Positions 38,802 to 55,625 of a stretch of DNA of 64,000 nt are shown piece by piece (positions within the stretch are counted from its first letter, which is position 1; each line of letters opens with the position of its first letter). Position numbers and translations under genes: made by a program. This DNA comes from Lingula anatina (lineage: Eukaryota > Animalia > Brachiopoda), in NCBI GenBank assembly GCA_051362555.1, contig CM120644.1, positions 17,258,534-17,322,533 on the forward strand, read 5' to 3'. The notes beneath the pieces are model-generated. The model made no database searches, was not told the DNA's origin, and saw only the letters and a program-made list of their open reading frames with translations.

Positions 38802-39284
38802 TAGTCCATGAGCTTGTTTACTTTTAAATCCAAGCACCTGTTCTTGGAAGTTTATCAATACTCTTAGCAGTTGTCATGGTTACGCTGACCTTCTTGATAT
38901 GTCAATATTAACATGAAAGCATGCGGCATAGAGATAAATGAAAACTGTGTCAAGGAAAGCAAACTCTCAGCAAACATGATTGACACTGCTTTACTGACCA
39001 ATCACAACAGGTTTAACTTAAAACGTCAGCAAACAGATGAAGGATACCACTTCACTGACCAATCACAACAGGTTTAACTTAAACCCCAATTTTTTCTAAA
39101 TATTCATCACACATACAGTTCAAAATGGAATCTACAAAGAGACATCCATCATATCTTAAAATCTTAAACCTCGTTTGGAAGAGTTTGAAGCAGTCAAGCT
39201 ATCTGGTACCGTAAACAGGTCTAAGTTGAACCCAATGTGAACAGCTCCCATGCATTACTGGGCAAATTTGTGTGCCTGGACTGT

Positions 39285-43005
<3,721 letters not shown>

Positions 43006-43191
43006 TCCTAGAATAATACCAGATATTCTACCCAATTATGAATAGCCAGGCCATGTTATAATATTCAATTACTGATGGTTCTGCACATGGCCAAACTCTG
43101 TAACCCATTACAAGATATCCAGTTCCCAATAGTCGGGTAGAAACCTCTTAGTTTTTTTAAAACCAATGCTTTTCCACCATCTTACACATTA

Positions 43192-43359
43192 CAGGCCTGT
43201 AGCCAGCAATTTCAAAAGGGGGGTTCTTTTTCTGAAAAAGTGGACATTTTTCCATAAAAACTTTATGTACCTAGGTCAAATTTTACCCAGAGTGGACCTT
43301 TTCCCAGCAAAAGGGGCGGTTCTTTCGAACCCCCCGAACCCCCCCTGGCTACGGGCCTG
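43192..43359. mobile_element. CAGGCC-ended MITE with 5-bp TSD
   Basis: CAGGCCTGTAGCCAG / CTGGCTACGGGCCTG flanked by CATTA on both sides. Confidence 0.85.
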
Positions 43360-44828
43360 CATTATCTAGAATTTATATGAGCAGATACATTGGGATCTAT
43401 ACCTGAATTACCATTTCTGTGGCATTTTAACGAGTTGGTATTTGCAATATCATGAAATATTGGTGGAAATACAACTCACCATTTCCTAATGGATTGCATG
43501 TTATTTTTCACAATCTGGGCCTTTTCTTCTGGCCATTCAGGTGGAAGCACTGAGCATATGATGCATATTAATTGCTTTAAAAGTGGCCAATTTATCCACT
43601 GCTGAAGATGTCATAAGAATCATATCTAATTTTGCTCCTTTAGCCAACACTGAAAAAGGGGGAGGGGCTTGGGCCACTAACTAAACAAAACAAATTGCAA
43701 ATTCAGCCTTTATCCCTCACTACAAAGGAGAAAAAAATGATCAAAGGCCAAAGGTCATAAAGATTTCTGAAAGATGTGCCATTAGCAGTATGGTTTCCAA
43801 GTATTTTGTTACTATGGAGGAGGGTGAAAAAGGGGGTGGAACTCTTGGAAGCAGGCTTGTTCTGCCATCACACTAATTATAGACCTGTATGTACAGGGCC
43901 CAGATAGCAAGAAGACGTTGGGCCAACGTTGGCACGGTTGGCATTTGGTTGGCATTGGCCCGGGCGGATCCAGATCTTTTCTGACAGTCTTCCAAATTAT
44001 CTTTGTTGATCCATCTTCCATTTTTGACTGTCTTCCGACAGAAAACATTACTTGGCTGACAATGTAAACTTGAAAATCTAACTGTCTTCCAGAAGACCCA
44101 GAAGACGGTCTAAATCCGCCCCTGCTGTACGTACTGAGTATCAATATTGCATGTACCTACAACATATATACCCACGTACTGTATTTGACTAATGTGAATT
44201 CAAGCAATGTAATCTGTATTGGTATTCAACTCCCATACTTCCTTCACAGGAAATTACTTCTATGCTCCTAATAATGTATACTCTTCTACAACCAGACGCA
44301 ATTAACATCTAGATCTGATTCAGCAAAAGCACGTACGTGTGGGCGTATGTGGTTGACACAAAAACATTCCTCAATATATAATATTGATATCAACTTGAAG
44401 TAATTTGTAATTGTTGACACCCAATAATCACCTGATGTGTGTCAGAAAAACAAACAATGGCTGATAGTGATACTTCTCATTGCAGGCCAAAAATGCAGAA
44501 AGGCTAGAAAGGCTAAAAATTAGGGCACCCAATTTTTTTTACCCCCAATCTGTGCAAGTCAGCTAGACCTTATCATTACTGTTAGATTTAACTATTTTCC
44601 CATAGAACGTTTTAATGAGGATATTATCATAATTCAGAACAAATGTAGGCGTGCATATGGGCGACTGACAGCCAGTAGTGGGAATAGAAAAATTTCACCA
44701 GCAACCGGGTCATATATCACTTTCACTTTCTATGCGTGAAGCAGGGATGTAAGTTACAATGTTCGCATTTTTTCATTTTTAAAATAAAGAACGAATACGT
44801 CTCTTAATCTCACCAAATTGCTACTCAC

Positions 44829-45058
44829 CTGCGATCTTATGACGTAATGCTGTGCTATAAATTGTCTGCAAGAATTTCTACCCACAAACAGCTAGAACTA
44901 TTTCCGGGGTCTCTTGACAGCTCATGCCGACCTTTTTACATTAACCTAATTACTGGTATCACTGCGCATGCCCGAGCTTTGTCTGTCTGTGCGTCCTTTC
45001 AGCTGGTGTTGAAACGTGAGGGTCACTCGTAGCACAGGGTTCTCAGAAGTTCAAAAGT
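44829..45058. promoter_or_regulatory. Bidirectional promoter and 5' UTR region, secernin / citrate synthase
   Basis: The minus-strand donor at 44828 is ~230 bp from the citrate synthase ATG at 45059. Contains NRF1-like TGCGCATGCCC (44963) and CRE/ATF-like TGACGTAA (44840). Confidence 0.7.
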
Positions 45059-48000
45059 ATGGCCCTCTTTCGTGTTGTTGCGAGACGATTTGGTGCGCAT
45101 TCAAAGGTAGGCGATTGAGATGAAAATGCGAATGAAAATCGTGTGGATGTTGGATTGTAATGCCGCCTGTGGGAGCTACAAAGTTTTGAATGTCTTGTAC
45201 TTGTTGACACCTATATTTTACCTTGGCTGTCGCCGGCCGGTTTTCCGCGACTTTCCGGTTGACTGTTTTTGTAAGATTTTGAAAGTGACATCCCCCACTA
45301 CTGTTATAGAGTGAAGGAGACATGTTATTTTCCGTATCTGCCTGCATATTCGGCCTTTTTATCTCTTAGTTTTTATTGATTTTTATCTCAAACCCCAGAC
45401 TAATTTGGACCCAGTCAAGGTCAAAACCACAATTTGTCATAATGGCATTATTTATGCGTTCGCATTGCCATGGAAAATTGTCAGATATGGATGAAATTCT
45501 CTATGCACTACTTATTTTTCATTTTAAGGGCTCTTTAAAAATTTAGAGAGAATGTTGTTGGAAGAGTTTTATTTGCTCTGTATCTGTAGCTCTATATGTA
45601 TGACTTTGATGGTGCAGAGTCCAAAACTGGTGCTATTTCAGGGGTACAAGCTTTTAGCACCCCTTTTTTGCCTTAAAGGTATAATTGTCAGTAGATAATA
45701 AATTCACTACCTCAGTATAAGGACTATTTTTTTTTCAAATAGAAAATGTGATGAGCAATTTTATTATATTTTGCAGCAATTTCTCCCTAGTTCCTCATTT
45801 GCATCAAGACAGTTCCATGACTCCACAGTAAGTATACTAACTTTTCGTTTAATTTTTTATTTGAAAAAAGATATAAATTCATACATTTATAATGTGACGC
45901 ATTTCAGTCAGTTTTAATTTTGCAGGGTCTGAAAACTTTCGGCATTATTATTGTATTTTTTACCTATCTATTATTACAACTATGAAATGTGTTTATTCTA
46001 TTAAAGCAATAATAACTCTTCCTTTGAGATTCAAAATTCCGCAAGAAATACATTGTAAACAACGCCTGGAAATATATTCTATTGCATTTTCCCACTAAAA
46101 CGACTGTTATTGTAGTAAATCTAAAATCTGTGCTTGTCACTTGGGCTTTCGATGCCTTTCTTCACGGTCGACAAGTGCATCCGTTGCCAATGACGTTTAG
46201 GTGTCACGCGGATTCTCGCGTTCATTCGAGACCAAAATAACATGGCGGGAAACCCTCAGACGTAAGTTGCGAGTTTTTGTACAGTGCGTTGGATAACGAA
46301 AAGCCCAGAATTGCACACATTGTAGATATAAATACATTTTGAGCAAAAAGACGAATATATCTTATGAATCTTATAATATTGTTATATAGTGTTGTTGTTG
46401 TTGTCTGCTTTTCCCGCGGTTTTAAGTAGGTCACCAGAAACTATGGCTCGATACGAGAGGGCTCCGTCAGTTAAAATCTCTTAAGAGATTTTAACAAAAA
46501 ACCGTATGTTTAGGAAAAAAACCCTGGATTAACTTTGAATGCAGGAATGGGGTCGTTGACCATTGGTAAGTACGGGAAAATTGCCATTTTTTCCAGGAAA
46601 ATCGTATTTTTGGCCAAAACGAAGAGTTATTATGACTTTAATGTCAGTTTGTGACTGACTAGATGTTGAAGCACTTGTCCATGATAATATGAATGTGAAT
46701 AGGACAATTTTAAAAATAATATAAGCCATCTTTTGCAAAGAACACCCTACAGGGCTCAATTTCTTGTTCTTCTTTTCAGTTGCAAATGTAAATGTTGTGA
46801 AATACTTTCTAATCACATTGGCTATCAAATGATGGCTTTACCTGAACTGGCACATGGTTTACTTGTGATTTCTGATCTCATATAATTGAACTGCATAATG
46901 CATATGTCCCAGTTCTTGTCTAGAATTTCGCTAGACTCAAGTTAAGCTGTCTGCAAAGTTTAAGTGACCTGGTTACCTGTGTGTAGTCATTACCTTAACA
47001 ATTACCATAACAAAACAGACTGTAATATAAGTGTCGTGTCATATGTCACGTGCCAGGGGGAAATAATCTGAAGAGACGAAAATTACATACAAATCAGTAG
47101 AACTACTCAATATTATATACATGTGACTGTATACATATGACAGAGATATATGACCCTGTCAGCATCTGTTATGTCTCTGCGTCTCTAAATGTACAGTAAG
47201 ATATATGAATGTATTTGTATTGCATGTCAGAAAGTGAAAGAGGAAACCTACTCTCTGCTAGGCGACTTTTCTGTATTTTTGAAAAAAAAATACATTTGAA
47301 ATATTTCTTCATCAATTTATGTTGGGTTTGGTGGCTATTTATTTACTAGTAGCTCAAAAAACATACAGCCTAGGTCAAAGTGCATTGTATTATATATGTT
47401 GCATGTTCCCAGGTATTCTTTTACTTGTGTAGTTTTCATCTAAATGAGGAAAGATATAACTCTTTGGTGTGCTTGGAAGAAGATCCGTGAAGAAATAAAA
47501 ATGCTGGAACTTTTATTTAATGATTGAAATGTTAACAGGTTATTTAAGTTGAACTTATCCTAGTCAATGAATAAGACTTAATTTATCTTTCCTTGTCAGA
47601 CTCTGTATTCTAATGGACAAACTGTAAGTATGAAAGGCAGTTTTGTCTTTTTTAATTACTTCAGTTGGATGGTAGCTGGCTTAATTGTATTCTTTATTCA
47701 GCACTTTCCATATCTGCCTAGATTCACTAACACTATGGAAAATGCACTTAGTTTATTTTTTGGGGTAATCTCTCTTTTGATATTCATCAGTAACCCTGTT
47801 TCATGATTGACATGGTGCGTCCCACTGGTGCTTATATAATGTGAAAATACAGGATTCCCGCTGGCTTATCATGGTTATCATTGACATTATCAGATACTGC
47901 TCACATTACTAAATCGATAAAGGGTGTCTATTGGTAAATATGCTTGGGCGTGAGAACAAGATGGTAAAACTAAACCAAGCCCCTTATAATTGTTAGATTG

Positions 48001-51000
48001 AAGATTTACTAATTCCCCCAGGCCTGTGTCCTTAGTAATTACTAACGCATTTTAAAAGCCCATTTTTATGACATTGTTTTGTTTTTACAGATTTTTCACA
48101 TAAGATACTAGACCCCAACGTGGTCTCATATTGTAAAAAAAAAAAAATGGTGGTGTTTATTAAATTTTATTTTTGGAAATCTTCCTAATCATTTATGTCA
48201 GGATTCTGTGGCTTGCATTTACAATATTTTTCAACCACTCACTTGAGTGGCTTTGACCAATTTATCTTGGTACAAATAAACATTGAAAAATGCAAACCAT
48301 TCTAAAAGGTTCCTTCTGTTTGGCAACAAAATGTATTGAAGACATGGATGAAGTGCGAAATATGAATATAATAATGAAAGCGATAATAATAATTAGAAGA
48401 GTTTATTTAGCTTAAAAGAATATAATATCATAGTAATGGTATCTTACGACAAATGATATCCTTGATAGTGTGGATATTAAGGGGAAAAAAAACATGTTTC
48501 TATGGATTGACTAAGGCGATGAGCGCTTCAAATTGGGAGGTGTACTTGCCCCTTTTAGTTTCAAAATTGTGATCACTGGTTGTCATTTTGACACTTTTTA
48601 TTTTGATAAGATGTTAGGGATTTTTGACCTTATGTTACTCGTTTATATATTTTTTATGAGTTGTAGGTTCTCATTTTATTATTATGTTTTCTGTTTATTT
48701 TTTCCAAAAATATTCTTTCCAAATTTTAAATTAATTTCAGATTTTAAATTTGAGTATTCTTGCAGGTTGGCAGCACTAGATGCTTGCACTATCTAGTCTG
48801 TGCTGTATGCTCCAGCTTTTTGGCAATATTGATGTTGTACAGTTGCCTTTAACCAGAAACCTTTAAAGGTTTTTACTTAGTCCAATTCTTCTTATACAAT
48901 TTTGTTTGCAGGAAATTTCTAAAGCTTCACACTTAACTACTTCAACAGTGTGTTTCCCTAATTATGTCCTTCACTCCTAGTGTCCAATTACAATGTTTTA
49001 TGTGGGCTTGCTCTGATGGCATTTTGTTTGTATCGACTAAAGTATTTTTTGCCCCCCCCCCCTTCCAGTCCCAATCAAAAACATTCCCAGAACCAACCCC
49101 TCACTACCATGTGATATTTGATACACCATTTCATCAAACATCCTCATGTATCAGAGGGGTGATGGTGTTCTTTGTGATGCAGGGGCACTTTACACTGAAA
49201 ACATTGCTTGCTTGGCTTTTTTGCTTCACTTTTTCTGTAGGTTTTTATTTCATTTAGTGACCCAATATTTATATTGGTAATACCTACATTCAGGAGGATT
49301 TAATAGGTATAACCATTATACCTTGCTGTATCAAAAGACTATTCACATGTTAAATTGTTTGTGTTACCTAAAATATTATCACTATATATCATAACCTGGA
49401 TGATATTGTGTTTTTAATACTCTCGTTACTAAATTACCCAAAATGTCTGTTTTTCAGAACCTAAAGGAGATTCTGGCAGAAATTATCTCTTCAGAACAAG
49501 TGCGTGTGTCAGATTTCAGGAAGGCTCATGGTGGTTCAGTCATTGGACAGGTGACTGTAGATCAGGTAAGCACAGGTTTGAGATTTTTACACTCAAAGAT
49601 AGTGCTATTTTGGGCCTATGAAAATATTAAAAAAGGCTTATTTTAGAAATGCAAAAGTATTTAGTTTGTCACTTGCCCATCTTGGGATTCAAAATATGGA
49701 TTCCCTTAATTATATATTTCAATGCGAATGTTTTTTTTTTTTTCTTTTTTTTGTCAAAAAATTTGAATTATTTGTCCTTTTCACTCAGGCCTATGGCGGC
49801 ATGAGAGGCATTAAGGGCATGGTGTACGAGACGTCGGTTTTGGACCCCGAGGAAGGGATCCGTTTCCGTGGCTACAGTATCCCAGAATGCCAAGAACTGC
49901 TCCCCAAGATCCCAGGCGGGGAGGAACCGCTACCAGAGGGGATCTTCTGGCTGTTGCTTACTGGAAAGATTCCAAACAAGCACCAGGTGGAGCACCTCTC
50001 CAGGGTGGGTACAGCTACAATTTTTCAAATTGAAAACTATTTATTTATTTATTTATTTATTTATTTTCTTAATTTTTCAGTATAGTGATGTTTAATGAAT
50101 CACAAATTCTTGAACAGTTTTAAATCACCTTTTCAGATATCACCAACAAAATAGTGTAAGTAGTATTATTTTGTCTAAATGCAGTGATGCTTCAGTTGAT
50201 ATTGAATAATATATGATATTGAATCCTTCTTTGTTTTATCACTTTTAGAAAATTTGTAGGCCCAAGGTTTTTTTTATATGATACTTGTCTGAGAATTTTT
50301 GCCTATGTAAGATAAGAATGTTTGCATATATTTAGTATGGGTTATAGGGTAAGGTGGAGTGGCCACGTGTTGTTAATATATTTATTTATTTTTTCCTATC
50401 TGTGTGTTGTAGGAATGGGCTGAGAGAGCCGACATCCCCTCCCACGTAGTGACCATGTTGAACAACTTCCCCAGCACTCTGCACCCCATGGCACAGTTCA
50501 GTGCTGCCATCACCGCTCTCAGCAGCGAGAGCAAGTTTGCTAAGGCTTACTCTGACGGTGTTCATAAGGCAAAATACTGGGAGGTAGGTCCTCTTGTAGA
50601 ATATATATTAGCATAGACTAGATTTTTTGGTGAGGAACAAAAAGTGTTGGTTGTAAGTCTCTAGTGGCAATATTTGAAAAAGATGAGCTTGCATTGTCAA
50701 GTCCTGGCAAAACAAAAGTCATTGGACGAGAATTTAAAAAAGATGTTTTATAAATTTAGCAACATTCAAAACTGTTTATAGATCACATAATTACCACAAA
50801 TGAATGCCAAGTATTTTTGAGCTAAGGCTTTTTGTCCAGTGCAGTTTTCACTTAAATTTGGCCTCACTTTTCTATTTCAGTATGCATACGAAGATGCCAT
50901 GGACCTAATCGCCAAACTGCCCACCGTGGCCGCCATGATCTACAGAAACCTGTATCGCGAGGGGACAAATGTTGGTGCCATTGATCCCAACAATGACTGG

Positions 51001-53347
51001 TCTGGCAACTTTGCCTCCATGCTAGGATATGATGATCCATACTTCACAGAACTCCTGAGATTATACCTATGTATTCACAGGTAAGGGGCACCTGTATTTC
51101 TGGGAATATGATGACCCTTATTTCACAGAACTCCTGAGATTATACCTATGTATTCACAGGTAAAGGGCAGCTGTATTACTGGGATGCCATGCTATTCTTC
51201 AATAACAAAGAATTTTTTTTGATTTTAAACGTATACATGTAGTATCTGAACTATTTGAGATGTCCCCGAAGACTAACTATACACCAAAGTTCTTAGATGG
51301 TAGACCGAATTGTCTCTTTTTAAATCTTTAGTCAAGAATAACTGACAGTTTTTTGTCACCTTCCCTTATGGCCATGAAAGACTTCTTTCCTAGTATACTT
51401 TGTTGATTCTTGCTGAAGTGTCTTGTGATATTAAACTTTGTGTTCCCAGTAATAAAGAAGTCCACCTTGTAGGCAGCGACCTCTAGAATCTCCTGATTTA
51501 ATTCCCTGTCTTTCTGTGTTTCCAGTGACCATGAAGGTGGCAATGTCAGTGCTCACACAGTCCACCTTGTAGGCAGCGCCCTCTCGGACCCCTACCTCTC
51601 CTTTGCCGCAGGAATGAACGGCCTCGCGGGACCCCTACACGGACTTGCCAATCAGGTCAGTTTAACGTTCGTCTCTTGTGACCAGCGGGCAGTTCACAAA
51701 TGGAAAAAAAACTTACAGGGCTCATTCCCAAATGAAACTATCATTCTACATAGATCAGTCTAACTTCTTGGGGACTCTTGCTGTATGCAGTCAGAATGAC
51801 ATATTAACACACCTTCTCTTGGCGTTGAGTAGAATACAGAAAAGATGGTGATTGTATGAGTACTTTGGAAATAAGAGGAGGCACTTTATATATATATATA
51901 TACTAGATATATTGTTTGCCTTTGTCCCCAGTTTTGTGATTAACTTCAGTTTATTTGATCCTTTCAGGAGGTGTTAGTGTGGTTAGAGAGGTGCCAAGAG
52001 GCTCTGGGTGGAGATCTTACAGATGATAATGTCAAAAACTTTATCTGGAACACACTCAAATCAGGACAGGTGAGGAGTTGTAACAATAAATGAATAATAA
52101 TGATTATATATTACATTATAGATTAAGTTGATTTTCACTAACAATCCTACTGACTTCTTGTAATGCTTTTTGTTTTTCCGGTCTGAAAAGAGAGCCAAAG
52201 AGAAAATCTAATTCTCTCAAAGAGAAAATCTTATTTAACTCAAAGAGAAAATATAATTCTCTCAAGACTGATTTCTAATCACATTGATGATAGCTGACTT
52301 TGGGTTGTAATTACTTTGAAGTAGGATAGTGAACTGATCTGAGACTGCTTTGGGAGCAGTTGGCTTTCTGAGTTTAGCAGGCTGAACTAAGCGAACCAAC
52401 TGACTTTTTCTAAAGAACTGGTCTTCAAGAGTAATTATTTCTTAAAGAACCTAATTAACCATGCCCATAAAGCAAACCACTTTGCACGGGTCGCTACATT
52501 TCAGGTTGTTCCGGGCTACGGCCACGCCGTGCTGAGAAAGACTGACCCCAGGTATCAGTGTCAGCGTGAGTTTGCCCTGAAGCACCTGCCAGATGACCCT
52601 CTGTTCCAAGTGGTCAGCCAGCTCTACAAGCTGGTGCCAGACATCCTCCTGGAGCAGGGCAAGGCCAAGAACCCCTGGCCCAACGTGGATGCTCACAGTG
52701 GAGTCCTGTTGCAGGTAAACTGACACCTCCAAAAACATTTTTTGGGGGATCGTGGAATTCTGCCTTTTTTTAATTCAACTCTTATGGTTTTCAATGCATT
52801 GCTGATGGTTTCTGATTCTCGCATGATAAATGGTCTGAAGTCTTGCTGCAGGTAACTGACACTATTTTAAATTTTTCTTGTCCACTGACAAACGAAAGCT
52901 TTTTTCTGTGGGATCACAGAATTCAGCATTTTAAATGCAGTTATAATGATTTTTAATTCAGGCCTGGTCTGCATTTTTAAATTAAAATTTTTAATGATTT
53001 TTAATTTAATTCTGATGATCCCATGAAAAGTGATCAGAGTTGAATGTAGTGTCAGAAAACTCCTTAAGTCTTTTTTTATGGAGTTACCCAGTTTGTTTTT
53101 TCTACCACCCTCCAAACACTTTTTTCCCCACATATTTTAAAGAGGCAAAAACGTATTTTGTTTTGTATTTCAGCATTATGGCATGACAGAGATGAACTAC
53201 TACACAGTGTTGTTTGGTGTGTCCAGAGCTCTGGGAACTCTGGCTTCTCTGGTGTGGGACCGCGCTTTAGGACTTCCACTCGAAAGACCAAAGTCCATGA
53301 GCACCGACGGCCTGATGCAGCTGGTCGGAGTTAGCTCCTCCGATTAG
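45059..53347 (+). CDS. CS: Mitochondrial citrate synthase
   Basis: Exons 45059-45106, 45777-45827, 49458-49565, 49789-50004, 50413-50583, 50881-51080, 51526-51655, 51968-52069, 52505-52714, 53174-53347. Presequence [16 protein letters not shown]. Motifs: [83 protein letters not shown]. Confidence 0.97.
46005..46637. mobile_element. Kolobok-type non-autonomous element related to family A
   Basis: TIR AGCAATAATAACTCTT / AAGAGTTATTATGACT with TTAA at 46001-46004 and 46638-46641. The right ~170 bp is similar to family A. Confidence 0.8.
47600..47623 (+). CDS. Candidate 24-nt citrate synthase micro-exon (TLYSNGQT)
   Basis: Acceptor ttaatttatctttccttgtcAG, donor GTAAGT, phase 0/0, no stop codon. 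Confidence 0.55.
51029..51184 (+). repeat. 79-bp tandem duplication of the citrate synthase exon 6 end plus donor
   Basis: TTCACAGAACTCCTGAGATTATACCTATGTATTCACAG|GTAA occurs twice, with GT at 51081 and 51160. Confidence 0.92.
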
Positions 53348-55625
53348 AAAATGGGTCGTCTGGATTATTAGTTAATTAATTAATTAACGAGTTCCTCTCT
53401 GCTGCAAATTCATAGAAAAGACACAATGCAAACTGGTCTGAAAAGAATGGATTACATAACATGACTGCAATTGTAGAAATTTTTAACTTAAATCTTCTTT
53501 GTGGGTTCCTGTATTGTTTTTGTTTGTGGAATATGAATTGGATGGCAAATTTATGTTTGACTGCATGCTGCAATGCTGAATGACAACAGAAGAAAATTGA
53601 TCCTGTTTCTATTCCAATTAAAAAAAGGTAGTTTTCCTATTAATGAAAAGACCCGAAATTTTGTACCATATATTTGAAAATTAGATTCAACTGTTATATA
53701 TAATGCCTTCCTGTGGAAACAGTTCCTGTAAACAGTTTATGACAGTTGTGGCAGTGTTCCTTGTAATTTATTTGTTGTCCTTTGTGATTTGAGTTGTTTA
53801 GACTGTGATGAAACCGTTTGTTTGTTGATTTGCACCCAAGACATCCTGTTGAGCCATATTTTCTTTAGTACAGCACACTCAACTCTGTTTACTTAGTGGA
53901 TAACTTCACACAAGAACTTGAGCCAAACCTTAGTATACTCACTGTCAGGCATTTTGGTTTTTCTAAATGCATAGAAAGAAGCATTTTTAGGCCAGAAAAG
54001 TGGTTGGTTTTATGGTTTACTATTAATTTACCCAAGATTCACGTATAATAATCTTTTTTGATCTAAAAGAAGACCAAAATGTTTCAGTTACTCATCCTTG
54101 TGATAATATTCCCAGAAAATACTGTCTTTCATTTCACGATGGTCTCCTTGGTGTTTTCCCACGTTTGTTTTGATCTTTCTGAACCGATATTAAACTAGAA
54201 CACGTCATTGCACAGAAAATGTCGATGTATTGGAACCATGCTCTGTTTGTGAATTGCTGAACATTCGTCCTTTTTTTAGCAGAAAGCATAAGCACGACAA
54301 CCGCTCTTTATGACTTTGTGGAACAAAAGTACTTTTTTTGTAAGAGAAAATAAAAATGTGAAGTAACTACAGCAAACTCGCATTAGAAGTATATGTGATA
54401 CAGTCTGGCATATTGCAGGTTTTCTTTGCTATATTATATTCGTAAGAGATTGGCGCTCTTCAGTTATCGGTCATGTAAGCATTTTGTCGCTGAGAGGCAC
54501 TTCATATTCAACATGTAAGTTTTAAGCTGTTGACATTTGCTGTAATATTCTTAAAATGAGCTCATATTACAAAAAAATTGATATTTAGACAAAATAAACG
54601 GATTGAGCCATTGTTTATCACTCTTAATTTATTGTTACACTGCAATGCCGTGAACCCAGTAGGAGGGGGGGGGGGGGGTCATTAAAATCATTTTAAAACC
54701 TAACCTGCGTCCGTCCTTTACGTCTTGATCTTCGCTACTTTTTGACTTTGACAGTTCAATACAGTATTCAAGACACGGTTTGTTTTACGCTCTATAATTT
54801 AACTCTTATACGCGACCAGCTAAAGAAACGCTATCCCGACCTCGTTTATGGATCTTTTACATTTTGTTTTCATTTTATTACTTGTCATTATTTGTGTTAT
54901 TCATTTAGCGCAATTAATATATGGCTTTTTATTAAATAAATATTATTTATCAAGAAAGCGCTTTAAAGAATGCTCCATAATTTCACCACTTTTAACATTG
55001 GTGCCTTCCCTTCCCAGCTGCATCTCTGCAACCCCCACCGTTCCCTACCGGAACATTCATACGGGTATTTTTAATATTTATCAACATGAGGCAGTTGTGA
55101 AAGTTGAAAAAAAAAAAACACGTCGAAAAACGCATTGGCAAACAGCTATATAGTAAACGCGGTTAATACTTTATTCACTTGCCAAATTTTTTACAAAGTT
55201 ACAATATACACTGCACACTTTGGTTTAACCAAATATCTCTCAAAAGTCTACCAAAAATAGAAAATGCAATGTTTCCTCAAGAGTAAGCCCAATGAAACCG
55301 TCGTTCTACGTAGATGGATCCAACTCAGCTGGGCTTCTCGCTGAATGCAATCAGATTAACACGCCTCCTGGCGTCGAGAAGAATTCAGATAAGCTGGTGA
55401 TGATACACCCTCTACCAGGGCGACAGATTGATTTTTTTCACAAGATATTCACATATATATCTTTAGATAAATACAGTCATTTGGTTCTCTGTCAAAAAGG
55501 CATTTGGAAAATTCGCCTATAATTTTTACCTTCTTGAAAGAGGGTAGTGATTCTACGAGAACCTTGAAAACAAAACGGGGCGTGCAACAATAGTCTCATT
55601 GGGTATGAGCCCTTAGTCAGCGCAT

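Noticed and set aside
48091-48119. Strong acceptor in citrate synthase intron 2 (gtttttacag)
   Set aside because: It is followed by an in-frame TAG and only a weak donor. It could be a poison exon, but there is no support for that.
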